A stretch of DNA of 248,000 nucleotides from Hyalangium minutum (GTDB taxonomy: Bacteria; Myxococcota; Myxococcia; Myxococcales; Myxococcaceae): assembly GCF_000737315.1 (NCBI RefSeq), contig NZ_JMCB01000002.1, forward strand, positions 268,001 through 516,000. Direction: 5' to 3'. Numbering within the stretch: position 1 is the stretch's first letter; each line of letters opens with the position of its first letter. Shown here piece by piece: positions 10,052 through 20,084 of this stretch. A model generated the notes under the pieces. That model saw only the letters and a program-made list of their open reading frames with translations, did not search any database and was not told the origin of the DNA. The position numbers and the translations under genes were made by a program.

Positions 10052-11410
10052 TCAGCGGGTGGCGTGCAGGCGAGTGGAAAGCTCCGTGGCTGCCCGCTGC
10101 CCTGACTCCACGGCGCCGTCGATGTAGCCGCAGCCCTCCAGCGCCGTCTCTGTTCCGGCCCAGTGCACGCGGCCGCAGGGAGCGCGCAGGGCATCCCCAA
10201 TCGCCGTGAGGGCACCGGGCCGCGGCAGCCCCACGTAGCAGCCAGTGCTCCAAGGCTCGGCAATCCAGTCGAGGTCCGCGTAGGCGGCGGGTTCGAGGGC
10301 TTGGGGGCCGAAGAAGCGAGCGAAGCTCTCCAGGGCGGCGCGGCGGCGCTCGTCCGTGGGGCGTCCGGTCCAAGCCCGCGCCGTGTCTCCGAGGAAGAAG
10401 CCCACGAGGGCCGGGTGATGCCCTGTTGCGTCCGTGTCATCGAAGCACAGCCGCACGGGGCCTGTGTCGCTCACGGCCTCGCCGGAGAAGCCGGCCTCGC
10501 GCCAGAAGGGGCGGGCATAGGTGGCCACCACCTTGATGACACTGCCCATGGGAAGGTCCGCGTGGGCGCGGCGGCGTGCGGCGGGCAGCTCCGAGCCGAA
10601 GTCCATACGCTCGGCGAGCGCGGGAGGGACCGCCACCACGGCGTACCGGCCGCGCCAGCTTCGTCCGTCTCCGTGCACCACCACGCCCTGGGCCTCCTGG
10701 AGCACGGCGCGCACGGGCGCGGAGAGCACCACGCGCGAGCCGAGGGCCTCGGCGATGCGCAGGGCGATGCTCTGGGCGCCACCTTGGATGCGCTCGGCTT
10801 GGGCGCCGTTCTCGATCTCGGTGAGCGGCATGAGGCCACCGTTGGAGTGGACGTAGAAGAGGAAGTGGAGGAAGGACAGCTCGCTCGGCTCAGCGCCGAA
10901 GATGGCGCGGGTGGCGATGTCCAGTGCGGCGCGCGCTCCCCAGCTCGGTATGTGGCGCTGCTTCCAGGCCTCGAGGGTGAGGGTGTCCCACTCGGCTGCT
11001 TTGGGTGCGGTGTGAGGGCTTTCGAGTGGCACGCGGCGGGCGAGTCCATCCAGCCGCCAGATGTTGCGCTGGAGGTCGAGGAGGCTCAGGAGAGGGAGGG
11101 CGGGCATCTTGCCCCGGTAGGTGCGGCGCTCGCCGCGCACGTCCAGCACCTTGGTGCCGTGGTGGAACTGGGAGAAGCGTCGGAGGCCCAGCTCCTCGAT
11201 CATCCGCAGGACGTGGCGCTGATGGGGGCCGACCCACTGGCCGCCGAGATCCACCACCTCACCACCGACGGGCTGGCTCAGGGTGCGGCCTCCGACGCGC
11301 TCGCGGGCTTCGAGCACGAGGACCGAGGCTCCGGCCCGGGTGAGGGCTCGGGCGGCGGTGAGCCCCGCGACACCCGCACCGATGATGATGACGTCCGCAT
11401 CCGGCTGCAT
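10052..11410 (-). CDS. Flavin monoamine oxidase family
   Basis: GAGVAG...EARERVGGR, HWAGTE...GYIDGAVESG. Confidence 0.9.
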   Translation of the reverse strand: MQPDADVIIIGAGVAGLTAARALTRAGASVLVLEARERVGGRTLSQPVGGEVVDLGGQWVGPHQRHVLRMIEELGLRRFSQFHHGTKVLDVRGERRTYRGKMPALPLLSLLDLQRNIWRLDGLARRVPLESPHTAPKAAEWDTLTLEAWKQRHIPSWGARAALDIATRAIFGAEPSELSFLHFLFYVHSNGGLMPLTEIENGAQAERIQGGAQSIALRIAEALGSRVVLSAPVRAVLQEAQGVVVHGDGRSWRGRYAVVAVPPALAERMDFGSELPAARRRAHADLPMGSVIKVVATYARPFWREAGFSGEAVSDTGPVRLCFDDTDATGHHPALVGFFLGDTARAWTGRPTDERRRAALESFARFFGPQALEPAAYADLDWIAEPWSTGCYVGLPRPGALTAIGDALRAPCGRVHWAGTETALEGCGYIDGAVESGQRAATELSTRLHATR

Positions 11411-11484
11411 TCTGTGGCCTCCGGGGGCGCACTGTAGACGGTGGGCCGGTTGACGGGGGGAACAGGAACTCCTAGGGAGGGGCC

Positions 11485-11976
11485 GTGCAACCCATGGACC
11501 TCATCGACCGGCTGCGGCAGCTGTCACCTGGCGCGGCAAACCTGCTGCTGAGCGCGGCGATTCCGCGGATCATTCCCTCCATTGGTGGGTGGGGCCTCCG
11601 GGTCGAGGAGGTGACGGAGACGCGCGCGCGGTTGTCGGTGCCGCTCAAGCGGCGCACGCGCAACCATGTGAAGGGGCTCTACTTCGGCGTGCAGATGACG
11701 CTGGCGGAGCTGACGGCGGGACTGCTGCTCCTGCGGCGGTTTCCGCCCTCGGAGTACCGCTCGCTCGTGAAGCGGGTGGAGGCGGACTTCAAGGCCCAGG
11801 GGCGGAGCACGGTGTACGCGGTGTGCGAGCCACCGCCGGAGGTGTTCGGAGGGCTGGCGGAGGCGCTGAAGCAGAAGGGCGACAAGGCCGAGGCATGGGT
11901 GCCCGTGACGCTGCTGGCCGAGGATGGCACGGTTGTTACCGAGGTGCGGTTCCTGGACTCGGTGAAGAGGCTCTGA
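11485..11976 (+). CDS. Hot-dog fold thioesterase-like protein (DUF4442)
   Basis: RNHVKGLYFG motif; 163 aa. Confidence 0.7.
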   Translation: MQPMDLIDRLRQLSPGAANLLLSAAIPRIIPSIGGWGLRVEEVTETRARLSVPLKRRTRNHVKGLYFGVQMTLAELTAGLLLLRRFPPSEYRSLVKRVEADFKAQGRSTVYAVCEPPPEVFGGLAEALKQKGDKAEAWVPVTLLAEDGTVVTEVRFLDSVKRL

Positions 11977-12044
11977 GCCCTGTGCTCTCCACTCCCGAGC
12001 TGGGAGCGTCGCTGTGCCGCAAGGAGCGGTAGGCTCATCACCCT

Positions 12045-12761
12045 ATGATCAGACTCACTGGGCCGTGGCGATGGCTGTGGCTGAGCTGTGCTCTGGTGGC
12101 TTGCGCCACGGTTTCACCGTCTGGAAGCGAGCTTGCGGGCACCGAAGATGAGGGCGTAGCCGTCTCGTTTGGCGAGGCATGCGAGGACGAGAGCAGCCTG
12201 CTGGCGCTATGTGCCGGGAACCAGTGCGGGCTGTATCGGTACCGGGAAGTCATGGAGCACTCAGCAGCGGGGAGGGTGGTGCTCGCCCGGGGCGGAGTGG
12301 CGGTGCTGCTCAACCCGCAGCCAGGAGCCCAGCGCAACTGGGGCAGCGCGCAGGAGTTGCCGCGGGACTCGCGCCCTGTGTTCATCATCCCGTGGAGACA
12401 CAAGCCACCGCTGCTGCCCAGCCAGCAGCAGATGCTGGACGAGGCTGCGAAGGAACGGCGCAAGCCGCACGAGAAGCACCACATCTTTCCGCAGATGTAC
12501 AAGGAGTGGTTTACCGGTAGAGGAATCGACATCGACGAGTACGTCATCCCTCTGGCGGTGGAGAAGCACCGGAGCATCCATCGGGGAGCCAAAGGGGGAC
12601 CCTGGAATGCGGAGTGGGACAAGTTCATCAGAGCTCAACTCATCCCACCACCGAAGGAGGAGATCTACCGGCACGCCGGAAAACTCATCTACGAGTTTGA
12701 GCTGTTCGGTCCGGTGATGCCGTATTGGAAACAACCGCCACCACTACCTCTGGGGTACTGA
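12045..12761 (+). CDS. sitA6: SitA6-type (TIGR02269-like) polymorphic toxin lipoprotein
   Basis: Lipobox LVAC; EKHHIFPQ...HRSIH nuclease-like motif; followed by double-CXXCG gene. Confidence 0.75.
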   Translation: MIRLTGPWRWLWLSCALVACATVSPSGSELAGTEDEGVAVSFGEACEDESSLLALCAGNQCGLYRYREVMEHSAAGRVVLARGGVAVLLNPQPGAQRNWGSAQELPRDSRPVFIIPWRHKPPLLPSQQQMLDEAAKERRKPHEKHHIFPQMYKEWFTGRGIDIDEYVIPLAVEKHRSIHRGAKGGPWNAEWDKFIRAQLIPPPKEEIYRHAGKLIYEFELFGPVMPYWKQPPPLPLGY

Positions 12762-12767
12762 GAGGTC

Positions 12768-13493
12768 ATGAGATTCTACTTGTTAGAGCCGGTCCCCTCC
12801 CCGCGCTACTCGGGCTACTACTCCTATGGGCACAAGTGGGGTTTGCCCGGCGTGCATTGCCCGGTGTGCCATAGGACCAGTGCATGGACCGGATATGCCT
12901 ATCCCTCGGTGGACCTGTCGCACCTGCCAGCGCATGAGCAGCAGAAGTACTCTGCGCGGGTAGAGGAGGATTATACGGAGTTCGAACGGCTGCTCGAGCA
13001 GGTGCGCCCGTTAGCACCCCCAGGAGTTCCACTCAGACCAGGAACCAAGTTCGGTCCTTTGAATGGCTCTGCCCAGGGGGAGTTTGGCCCGCTTGTCTTG
13101 GCGTTCGCGTGGGAACTGTTGATGAGGCCTGAGCCACTGGCGCGATTGCAGGCGGAGGGTCTGCGGGGGCTGAAGGGATGCCGCGCAGCGCTGCGCTTCC
13201 GCAAGAAGAACCCACCGGAGTTGCTGGAGATGGAACTGCCATCTCTGGGCAAACTTCACCCAGATTGCTTGCCGGAACTATCGCCGCCTTGTCCAAAGTG
13301 TGGATGCTCGCGCGAATCCGTGAAGATGCCGGAGCAGCCCATTCTGGACGCGGCCACGTTGCCGCAAGACTTGGATCTGATCCGGGCCGAGGGGACACTG
13401 ATCATCGGTACCGAGAGCTTCGTGGAGGCAGTCCAGCGCCTAGGCTTCGAGCACGACATCACCTTCCGCGAGCTGCCCGTGCGAGGCGCGTAG
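12768..13493 (+). CDS. sitI6: Double-CXXCG motif immunity protein
   Basis: CPVC and CPKCG motifs; directly downstream of toxin. Confidence 0.75.
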   Translation: MRFYLLEPVPSPRYSGYYSYGHKWGLPGVHCPVCHRTSAWTGYAYPSVDLSHLPAHEQQKYSARVEEDYTEFERLLEQVRPLAPPGVPLRPGTKFGPLNGSAQGEFGPLVLAFAWELLMRPEPLARLQAEGLRGLKGCRAALRFRKKNPPELLEMELPSLGKLHPDCLPELSPPCPKCGCSRESVKMPEQPILDAATLPQDLDLIRAEGTLIIGTESFVEAVQRLGFEHDITFRELPVRGA

Positions 13494-13499
13494 AGCCCG

Positions 13500-14258
13500 T
13501 CACCCGGCTCCCAAGGTCAGCACCTCGCAGCCCTCGCGTGTCACGAGGACTGTGTGCTCGAACTGAGCGGAGAGGCTCCCGTCCTCCGTCACCACCGTCC
13601 ACTTGTCCGGCAGGATCCGGATGTCCGGACGCCCCTGGTTCACCATGGGCTCGATGGTGAGCACCATCCCCGAGCGCAGGGTGATACCGGTTCCCCGCTT
13701 GCCCACGTGAGGCACGTGAGGAGGACCGTGCATCTGGCGGCCGATGCCGTGCCCCCCGAACTCGTGCACCACGCTGCAGCCTTCCTTCCGCGCCAGCTCC
13801 TCGATGGCCGCGCCAATGTCCCCCAGCTTCGCGCCATGACGGACCACCGCGATGCCCGCATCCCGGCACCGGCGCGCCACGTCCACCACGTGCCTGGCCT
13901 CCGCAGACACCTCGCCGATGAAGAACGTGGCCGAGGTGTCTCCGTGAAACCCGTTCAGGCACGTCGTCACATCCACGTTGATGATGTCCCCCGGCATGAG
14001 CCGCTCGTCCGCGCGAGGGATTCCGTGGCAGACCACCTGGTTTCGGCTGGTACACACCGTCGCGGGAAACCCGTGGTAGCCCAGCTGGCTGGGCGTTCCC
14101 CCTCGCCGTGCCGTGTCCTCCCGCACCCACGCGTCGATGTCCGCCGTGGAGATGCCGGGCGCCAGACGCGCCGCGACATGTGCCAGTGTCCCGGCTGCTG
14201 CCTGGCCAGCCAGGCGCAAGTGTTCGATCTCGGTCCCTTTGAAGAGCGGAATCCCCAT
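13500..14258 (-). CDS. map: Type I methionine aminopeptidase
   Basis: VVCHGIP, DVT, HGDTS, GHGIG, EP, QFEHT metal-binding motifs. Confidence 0.92.
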   Translation of the reverse strand: MGIPLFKGTEIEHLRLAGQAAAGTLAHVAARLAPGISTADIDAWVREDTARRGGTPSQLGYHGFPATVCTSRNQVVCHGIPRADERLMPGDIINVDVTTCLNGFHGDTSATFFIGEVSAEARHVVDVARRCRDAGIAVVRHGAKLGDIGAAIEELARKEGCSVVHEFGGHGIGRQMHGPPHVPHVGKRGTGITLRSGMVLTIEPMVNQGRPDIRILPDKWTVVTEDGSLSAQFEHTVLVTREGCEVLTLGAG

Positions 14259-14346
14259 GGCCGGGCAAGGTGCACGTGCCCCGCCGCAGCGTCCAATGCT
14301 GTCTCGGCATGGAGTCGCCCTCCGCTCCTGAGGTATCCTCTCCGCC

Positions 14347-14622
14347 GTGAGCCTGACGCAGATCCAGTCCTTCGTAGCGGTGGCCGAGGAGGGCCATGTG
14401 GGGCGAGCCGCGCACCGGCTGCACCTCACCCAGCCCCCGCTCAGCCGTCACATCCTCGCGCTCGAAGATGAGCTCGGCGCCCCGCTCTTCGAGCGCACCC
14501 CCCGAGGCATGCGCCTGCTCCCCGCGGGCGAGGCGTTCCTCCAGCACGCGCGCCGGATCCTCTCGGAGGTCGACGCCGCGGTGCACACGGTGAGAGGTGT
14601 CGTTGGCGGGCCCTCGAAGTAG
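14347..14622 (+). CDS. LysR-type HTH-only protein
   Basis: FVAVAEEG..GRAA.RLHLTQP.LSRHI..LEDELG; stops after the linker helix. Confidence 0.75.
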   Translation: MSLTQIQSFVAVAEEGHVGRAAHRLHLTQPPLSRHILALEDELGAPLFERTPRGMRLLPAGEAFLQHARRILSEVDAAVHTVRGVVGGPSK

Positions 14623-14643
14623 GGCCTGCACGCGTCCCCAGTC

Positions 14644-15780
14644 TCAGCGCGGCTCTTCCAGCATGAAGTCCGTCACGTCCTTCCACAGCTTCTCGAACTG
14701 AGGCCGCCGGAAGCCCGAGCCCGAGATCAGCCAGTCCACGTGCGGCGGCTGGTGCGTGGGCTGATCGAAGTGCCCAATCGCATCCAGGTGGTCCGCCCGG
14801 ACCGCCCCAATCACCTTGCCGAACACCTGCGAGCGCGTCGGCACCACGCCATCGCACGCCTGGGGCGCCGGTAGCGCTCCATAAGCCTCGATGAGCGCCG
14901 CCGTCTGCTCCGCCGTGTGCAGCGGCGTCTTGTTCAGCGGCATCCGGTGCGTCTGCCCGTACAGGAACGCGTACACGGTGTGGGTGATCTGCGCGTACGG
15001 ATCCAGCCCCGCGGACAGGCGCGTTCGCAGTGAGGGCTGCCGGGCCTGCGTCACCACCGAGCCGTAGCGCACCCCCGGCCGGTCCTCGCAGCCCGCGTTG
15101 AACAGGTCGATCCCCTCCGGGGTGAGCTGCGGAATGAGCGAGGTGTCCTTCCCCACGTCGCCCAGGAAGCGAGACACCGCCTCGCGCCGGTCCGCCGAGA
15201 AGTCCCCCAGCAGCTGATCGAACAGCTGGTCCAAAATCGTCTGCTTCCACCCGAGCTGATCATCCGCCCGCGACAGCAGGTGCCCCAGCCGGAACGCCAC
15301 CTTCAGCGGCAGCCGCCCGAAGCGCAGCACGTACACGGTGAACAGCGACAGCAGCTTCAGGATCTGCTGCCCGAACAGCCCCAGGAAGAAGGACGCCAGC
15401 GGCGTGCCCGCATGCGGCGTGGACACCGTCACCACCGAGCGGACCCGGCGCGCATACGGCTCCAGGTCCAGCCCTTCCCGCAGGGACGCCCCCGGGCTCA
15501 CGAACAGCCGCGCGTCCAGCCCCCCCGTGGAGTGCCCCACCAGGTGCACGGGCCCATCGTCCCCGCTGATGGTCTCCTGCACGCCCCGTAGCAGATCCGC
15601 CGCCCGCTGCCGGATGGAGGCCGTGGGGTGGGAGAGGATGGCCACCACCTCGGCCTCGATTCCCCGCCGGGCGAACTCCGCCTTCAGGAAGTCCCGGACG
15701 TGGCCGAAGTAGACCAGCTCGCCCAGGTTGGTGAAGCCGAAGAACCCCGGAACCAGATAGATGTGGTGCTTCACAGGCAT
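14644..15780 (-). CDS. Lipase / alpha-beta hydrolase
   Basis: GHSTGG nucleophile elbow, DG, DH motifs. Confidence 0.85.
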   Translation of the reverse strand: MPVKHHIYLVPGFFGFTNLGELVYFGHVRDFLKAEFARRGIEAEVVAILSHPTASIRQRAADLLRGVQETISGDDGPVHLVGHSTGGLDARLFVSPGASLREGLDLEPYARRVRSVVTVSTPHAGTPLASFFLGLFGQQILKLLSLFTVYVLRFGRLPLKVAFRLGHLLSRADDQLGWKQTILDQLFDQLLGDFSADRREAVSRFLGDVGKDTSLIPQLTPEGIDLFNAGCEDRPGVRYGSVVTQARQPSLRTRLSAGLDPYAQITHTVYAFLYGQTHRMPLNKTPLHTAEQTAALIEAYGALPAPQACDGVVPTRSQVFGKVIGAVRADHLDAIGHFDQPTHQPPHVDWLISGSGFRRPQFEKLWKDVTDFMLEEPR

Positions 15781-15904
15781 TCCCTTCCACCTACCGGCCT
15801 CTTGGCTCCTGACTCAAGCCCATTGCTCGGCCGGCTGCTTATTGACGGGGGCTCCTTCTCGGGAAAGAACGGCCCTTCCTTCATTCACGCAAGGACGCCT
15901 ACAC

Positions 15905-17965
15905 GTGCATCGCTTCCTGCTCGCCCTCGGACTGCTCCTGTGCCTCCCCTCCCGCGCGGAGGAGGGGATGTGGACCTATGACGCCTTTCCCTCCGAGGCC
16001 GTCAAGAAAGCCTACGGCTTCGCCCCGACGCAGGCGTGGCTGGACTCGGTGCGCCTGGGCTCGGTCCGGCTCGCGGGTGGGTGCTCGGCCAGCTTCGTCT
16101 CGCCCAACGGCTTGGTGATGACCAACCACCACTGCATCCGCAGCTGCGTCGAGGACCTGTCCTCCCCCCAGAAGGACCTGCTGGCCACCGGCTTCTTCGC
16201 CCCCGAGTCCCAGTCCGAGCTGCGCTGCCCCAAGGTGGAGGCCAACCAGCTCGTGGAGATGACGGACGTCACCGCGCGGATGAACACCGCGACGAAGGGG
16301 CTCTCGGGCGCGCCGTTCAACACCGCCCTGAAGGCGGAGATGACGAAGGTGGAGACCGAGTGCGCCACCGGCCCAGACGTGCGCTGCGACGTGGTGACGC
16401 TCTACAACGGCGGCAAGTACCACCTCTATAAGTACCGCCGCTTCCAGGACGTGCGCCTGGCCTTCGCGCCCGAGTTCCCCATGGCCAGCTTTGGCGGCGA
16501 CCCGGACAACTTCAACTTCCCCCGCTATGGCTTCGATGTGGCCTTCGTGCGTGTCTGGGAGAACGGCCAGCCGGCCAAGACGCCCCACTACCTGCCGTGG
16601 GCGAAGCAGGGCGTGAAGGAAGGAGAGCTTGTCTTCGTCTCCGGCCATCCCGGTGGCACCGAGCGCAAGGGCAGCGTGGCGGAGCTGGAGTTCCAGCGCG
16701 ACGTGGCGCTGCCTTACACCTTGCTGTACCTCTCGGAGCTGCGCGGCATGCTGCGCGAGTTCTCCCAGGGCTCGCCGGAGCGGCTGCGCATCACCCGCTC
16801 GCACCTGCGCTCGGTGGAGAACGGCCTCAAGGCGCTGCGCGGCCGGCACCAGGCGCTGGCGGATTCGTCGCTGCTGGCGCAGAAGCGCAAGGCGGAGGCG
16901 GAGCTGCGGGCGAAGGTGCTGGCCCACCCGAAGCTGAAGGCCTCCACCGCCGGGGCCTGGGACGAGGTGACGCAGGCGCTCGAGCTCTACCGCCCCCTGC
17001 TGCCCGAGTACCGGCTGAAGGAGGCGGGCGATGGCTTCCAGTCCGAGCTCTTCACCCTCGCCCGCCAGCTGGTGCGCGCCGCCGACGAGCTGCCCAAGCC
17101 CAACGCGGAGCGCCTGCGCGAGTACACCGAGGGGCAGCTCCCCGCCCTGCGCCAGCAACTGCTGCGCGAGGCCCCCATCCCCCAGGACCTGGAGGTGGCC
17201 ACGCTGACCTTCGGCCTCAACCGGCTCCGCGAGACGCTGGGCGCGGACGACTCCTTCGTCAAGGCCGTGCTCGGCCGCGAGTCCCCGGCGGATCTGGCGC
17301 GTGCGCTGGTGACGGGCACGAAGCTGCAGGACGTGAAGGTGCGCCAGTCGCTGCTGGAGGGAGGCAAGGCCGCGGTGGAGGCCTCGCAGGATCCGATGAT
17401 CGTCCTGGCGCGCAAGGTGGACACCGAGGCCCGCGCGGTGCGCAAGCGCTACGAGGACACGGTGGAGGCCGTGCTCAAGCGCAACGGCGAGCGGCTCGCC
17501 CAGGCGCGGCTCGCCGTGTACGGCACCAGCGGCTACCCGGATGCCACCTTCACCCTGCGGCTCAATTACGGCGCGGTGAAGGGCTGGCAGGAGAATGGCC
17601 GCGCCGTGGCGCCCTTCACCACCTTCGGCGGCGCGTGGGAGCGCCACACCGGCAAGGATCCCTTCAAGCTGCCCGACACGTGGCTCGCGGCCCGGGGCAA
17701 GGTGCCGCCGGAGACCCCGCTCGACATGGCCACTACCAACGACATCATCGGCGGCAACTCGGGCTCCCCCATGGTGAACAAGGACGGGCACGTGGTGGGA
17801 CTCATCTTCGACGGAAATCTGCACTCACTCGGAGGACGGTATGCCTACGTGCCGGAGACGAACCGCGCCGTGGCCGTGACGGGCGTGGGAATCCTCGCCG
17901 GGCTCGAGCACCTCTATGGTGCCCAGCGGCTCGTGGAGGAGCTGCGCGCCGCCCAGGCCCCGTGA
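15905..17965 (+). CDS. S46 family dipeptidyl peptidase
   Basis: EGMW, TNHHC, DIIGGNSGSP motifs. Confidence 0.92.
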   Translation: MHRFLLALGLLLCLPSRAEEGMWTYDAFPSEAVKKAYGFAPTQAWLDSVRLGSVRLAGGCSASFVSPNGLVMTNHHCIRSCVEDLSSPQKDLLATGFFAPESQSELRCPKVEANQLVEMTDVTARMNTATKGLSGAPFNTALKAEMTKVETECATGPDVRCDVVTLYNGGKYHLYKYRRFQDVRLAFAPEFPMASFGGDPDNFNFPRYGFDVAFVRVWENGQPAKTPHYLPWAKQGVKEGELVFVSGHPGGTERKGSVAELEFQRDVALPYTLLYLSELRGMLREFSQGSPERLRITRSHLRSVENGLKALRGRHQALADSSLLAQKRKAEAELRAKVLAHPKLKASTAGAWDEVTQALELYRPLLPEYRLKEAGDGFQSELFTLARQLVRAADELPKPNAERLREYTEGQLPALRQQLLREAPIPQDLEVATLTFGLNRLRETLGADDSFVKAVLGRESPADLARALVTGTKLQDVKVRQSLLEGGKAAVEASQDPMIVLARKVDTEARAVRKRYEDTVEAVLKRNGERLAQARLAVYGTSGYPDATFTLRLNYGAVKGWQENGRAVAPFTTFGGAWERHTGKDPFKLPDTWLAARGKVPPETPLDMATTNDIIGGNSGSPMVNKDGHVVGLIFDGNLHSLGGRYAYVPETNRAVAVTGVGILAGLEHLYGAQRLVEELRAAQAP

Positions 17966-18187
17966 GGGGGCAGCTCCCGTATGGGGGCGTGTCACACACT
18001 TGACGGGTGCTCCGCGCTGGGGGGCAGGGCCGGTGTTTTGTGTGTCAAGCGCAAGACGCAGGGGGTTGTGCGCTGCGTCAATCATGATCAACCCTGATGG
18101 AGCTCAACAGCTCCTGGCCCGGTTGGGAACTACATCTGTTCATGCGCTAACATCTCCGCCCGGTCGCGGGGGGAGGAAGGCTTTGTC

Positions 18188-18790
18188 ATGGTGGAGGAAC
18201 CGCAACCCAAGACCCATAAGGTCGTCGCCCTGATGTTCACGGCGGTGGCGGTGGCTGGTCCGAATGCGCCTCAGGATGAGGTGCTGGAGCAGGAACTGCG
18301 CGAGGAGCATGGCCGGCTCGTCCGGGAGCTGCTGCCCCGTCAGGGCGGACGCGAAGTGAAGATGCTGGAGGATGGCTTCCTGCTCGAGTTCGATCGCGGG
18401 CTGTCCGCCGTGCGCTTCGGGCTGGCCTTGCAGCAGGCTGCGGCCGAGCGCAACCGGCTGGCGTCTCCGGAGCGCCAGCTGGAGCTGCGCATGGGCGCTC
18501 ACCTGGGCCCGGTGATGCACCAAGAGGGAGACGTCTTCGGCGAGGGCGTGAACCTGGCCGCCCGCATCGAGTCGCTCGCCCGGCCTGGCGCCCTCTATGT
18601 CAGCGAGCCGGTGGCCCGTGAGGTGGAAGGTCATCCGTCGACGTACGCCGTGCGGCTGGGGCGCGCCGAGCTCAAGAATATTCGCCTCCCCGTGGCCGTG
18701 TTCCGCGTCGAGCCGCGCGCCCAGAATCCGCGCCCGGCCATCTTCGCCCGCGTCCGCTCGCTCTTCGCTCCGCTGCGTCCAGGGGGTTGA
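18188..18790 (+). CDS. Class III adenylate/guanylate cyclase-like domain protein (degenerate)
   Basis: RMGAHLG and GDVFGEGVNLAARIE present; first metal-binding Asp replaced (MFTA). Confidence 0.75.
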   Translation: MVEEPQPKTHKVVALMFTAVAVAGPNAPQDEVLEQELREEHGRLVRELLPRQGGREVKMLEDGFLLEFDRGLSAVRFGLALQQAAAERNRLASPERQLELRMGAHLGPVMHQEGDVFGEGVNLAARIESLARPGALYVSEPVAREVEGHPSTYAVRLGRAELKNIRLPVAVFRVEPRAQNPRPAIFARVRSLFAPLRPGG

Positions 18791-18820
18791 ACGCCCACGC
18801 GCGAGCGGTAGGGTTCGGCC

Positions 18821-19468
18821 ATGTCCGAACTTACGCTCGTCGTTGGCTCGAAGAACTACTCGTCCTGGTCGCTGCGGCCGTACCTCGCGCTGGCCCATAC
18901 TGGCCAGCCCTTCCGCGAGGTGGTGATTGCGCTGGATGAGCCCGATACCGCCGCGAAGATCGCCGAGTACACGCCCAGCGGGCGGGTGCCCGTGCTGCGC
19001 CACGGCGCGCTCTCCATCTGGGACTCACTGGCCATCTGCGAGTACCTGGCGGAGACCTTCCCCCAGGCGAAGCTGTGGCCCGAGGACAAGCAGGCCCGCG
19101 CCATCGCGCGCTCGGTGGTGGCGGAGATGCACTCCAGCTTCTCCAACCTGCGGCAGAACATGACGATGGACATCCGCGCCCGGAAGCCGGGCAAGGGGCG
19201 TGCCCCCGGCGTGGCCGAGGACATCGCTCGCATTCAGGCGCTCTGGAATGACTGCCGCTCGCGCTTTGGCCAGGGCGGGCCGTTCCTCTTCGGGCACTTC
19301 ACCATCGCGGACGCCTTCTATGCTCCCGTCGTCACCCGCTTCGTCACGTATGAGGTGGAGCTGGACGCCGTGGGCCAAGCCTACCGCGACGCCGTGCTGA
19401 ATCTGCCCGCGCTCAAGACGTGGACCGAGGCCGCGCTCAAGGAGCCGCCCGTCAAGCGCTACCTGTAG
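18821..19468 (+). CDS. Glutathione S-transferase
   Basis: NYSSWSLRP, PSGRVPVL, DSLAICEY. Confidence 0.9.
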   Translation: MSELTLVVGSKNYSSWSLRPYLALAHTGQPFREVVIALDEPDTAAKIAEYTPSGRVPVLRHGALSIWDSLAICEYLAETFPQAKLWPEDKQARAIARSVVAEMHSSFSNLRQNMTMDIRARKPGKGRAPGVAEDIARIQALWNDCRSRFGQGGPFLFGHFTIADAFYAPVVTRFVTYEVELDAVGQAYRDAVLNLPALKTWTEAALKEPPVKRYL

Positions 19469-19475
19469 CCGCGCG

Positions 19476-20075
19476 CTACAGCCCGAGCGCCTTCAGTTGC
19501 GCGTCGAAAGCCGGCGCGTCCGTGAAGACGTGGCCGCGGATGCCGAGCGCGTTCGCGGCCTCGACGAACTCGGGCAGGTCATCGAAGAAGGCGGCTTCGT
19601 GGGGCGCGCAGCCCAGGCGCTCCAGGGCGAGCTGGTAGAAGGTGGGCTCCGGCTTCACGTGCCCCTCCTCACAGCTGAGCAGCACTGCGTCGAAGCGCTC
19701 GAGCAGGGGCAGCTGGGGCCGCAGGTACGCCATGTGGAGCTTGTTGGTGTTGGACAGCAGCGCCAGCTTCACCCGCCCCACCAGCCCCTCCACGCGGGGC
19801 AGCACCGACGCGTGCACGGTGAAGTGGCAGTTCCACAGCGGGAAGAACTCCTCCATGGGCACCTCCACCCCGAGCGAGGTGCACACGTCCCGGCGGATGC
19901 CCTCTGCGTCCAGCAAGCCCCGGTTGGCCGCCGTCCAGCCCGCGCCCGTGAGCCGCTGCGCTACCTCCGGTCCCGAGAGCCCCACGCGCTGCCCCAGCCG
20001 CAGGAACAATCGCGCGTTGTCGTGGAACACGAGGACGTTGCCCAGATCGAGGATGATCGCTCGTGGCGGAGTCAT
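19476..20075 (-). CDS. HAD-family phosphatase (YihX-like)
   Basis: DLGNVL, LSNTN, KP, FFDD motifs. Confidence 0.85.
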   Translation of the reverse strand: MTPPRAIILDLGNVLVFHDNARLFLRLGQRVGLSGPEVAQRLTGAGWTAANRGLLDAEGIRRDVCTSLGVEVPMEEFFPLWNCHFTVHASVLPRVEGLVGRVKLALLSNTNKLHMAYLRPQLPLLERFDAVLLSCEEGHVKPEPTFYQLALERLGCAPHEAAFFDDLPEFVEAANALGIRGHVFTDAPAFDAQLKALGL

Positions 20076-20084
20076 GGGCCACTT

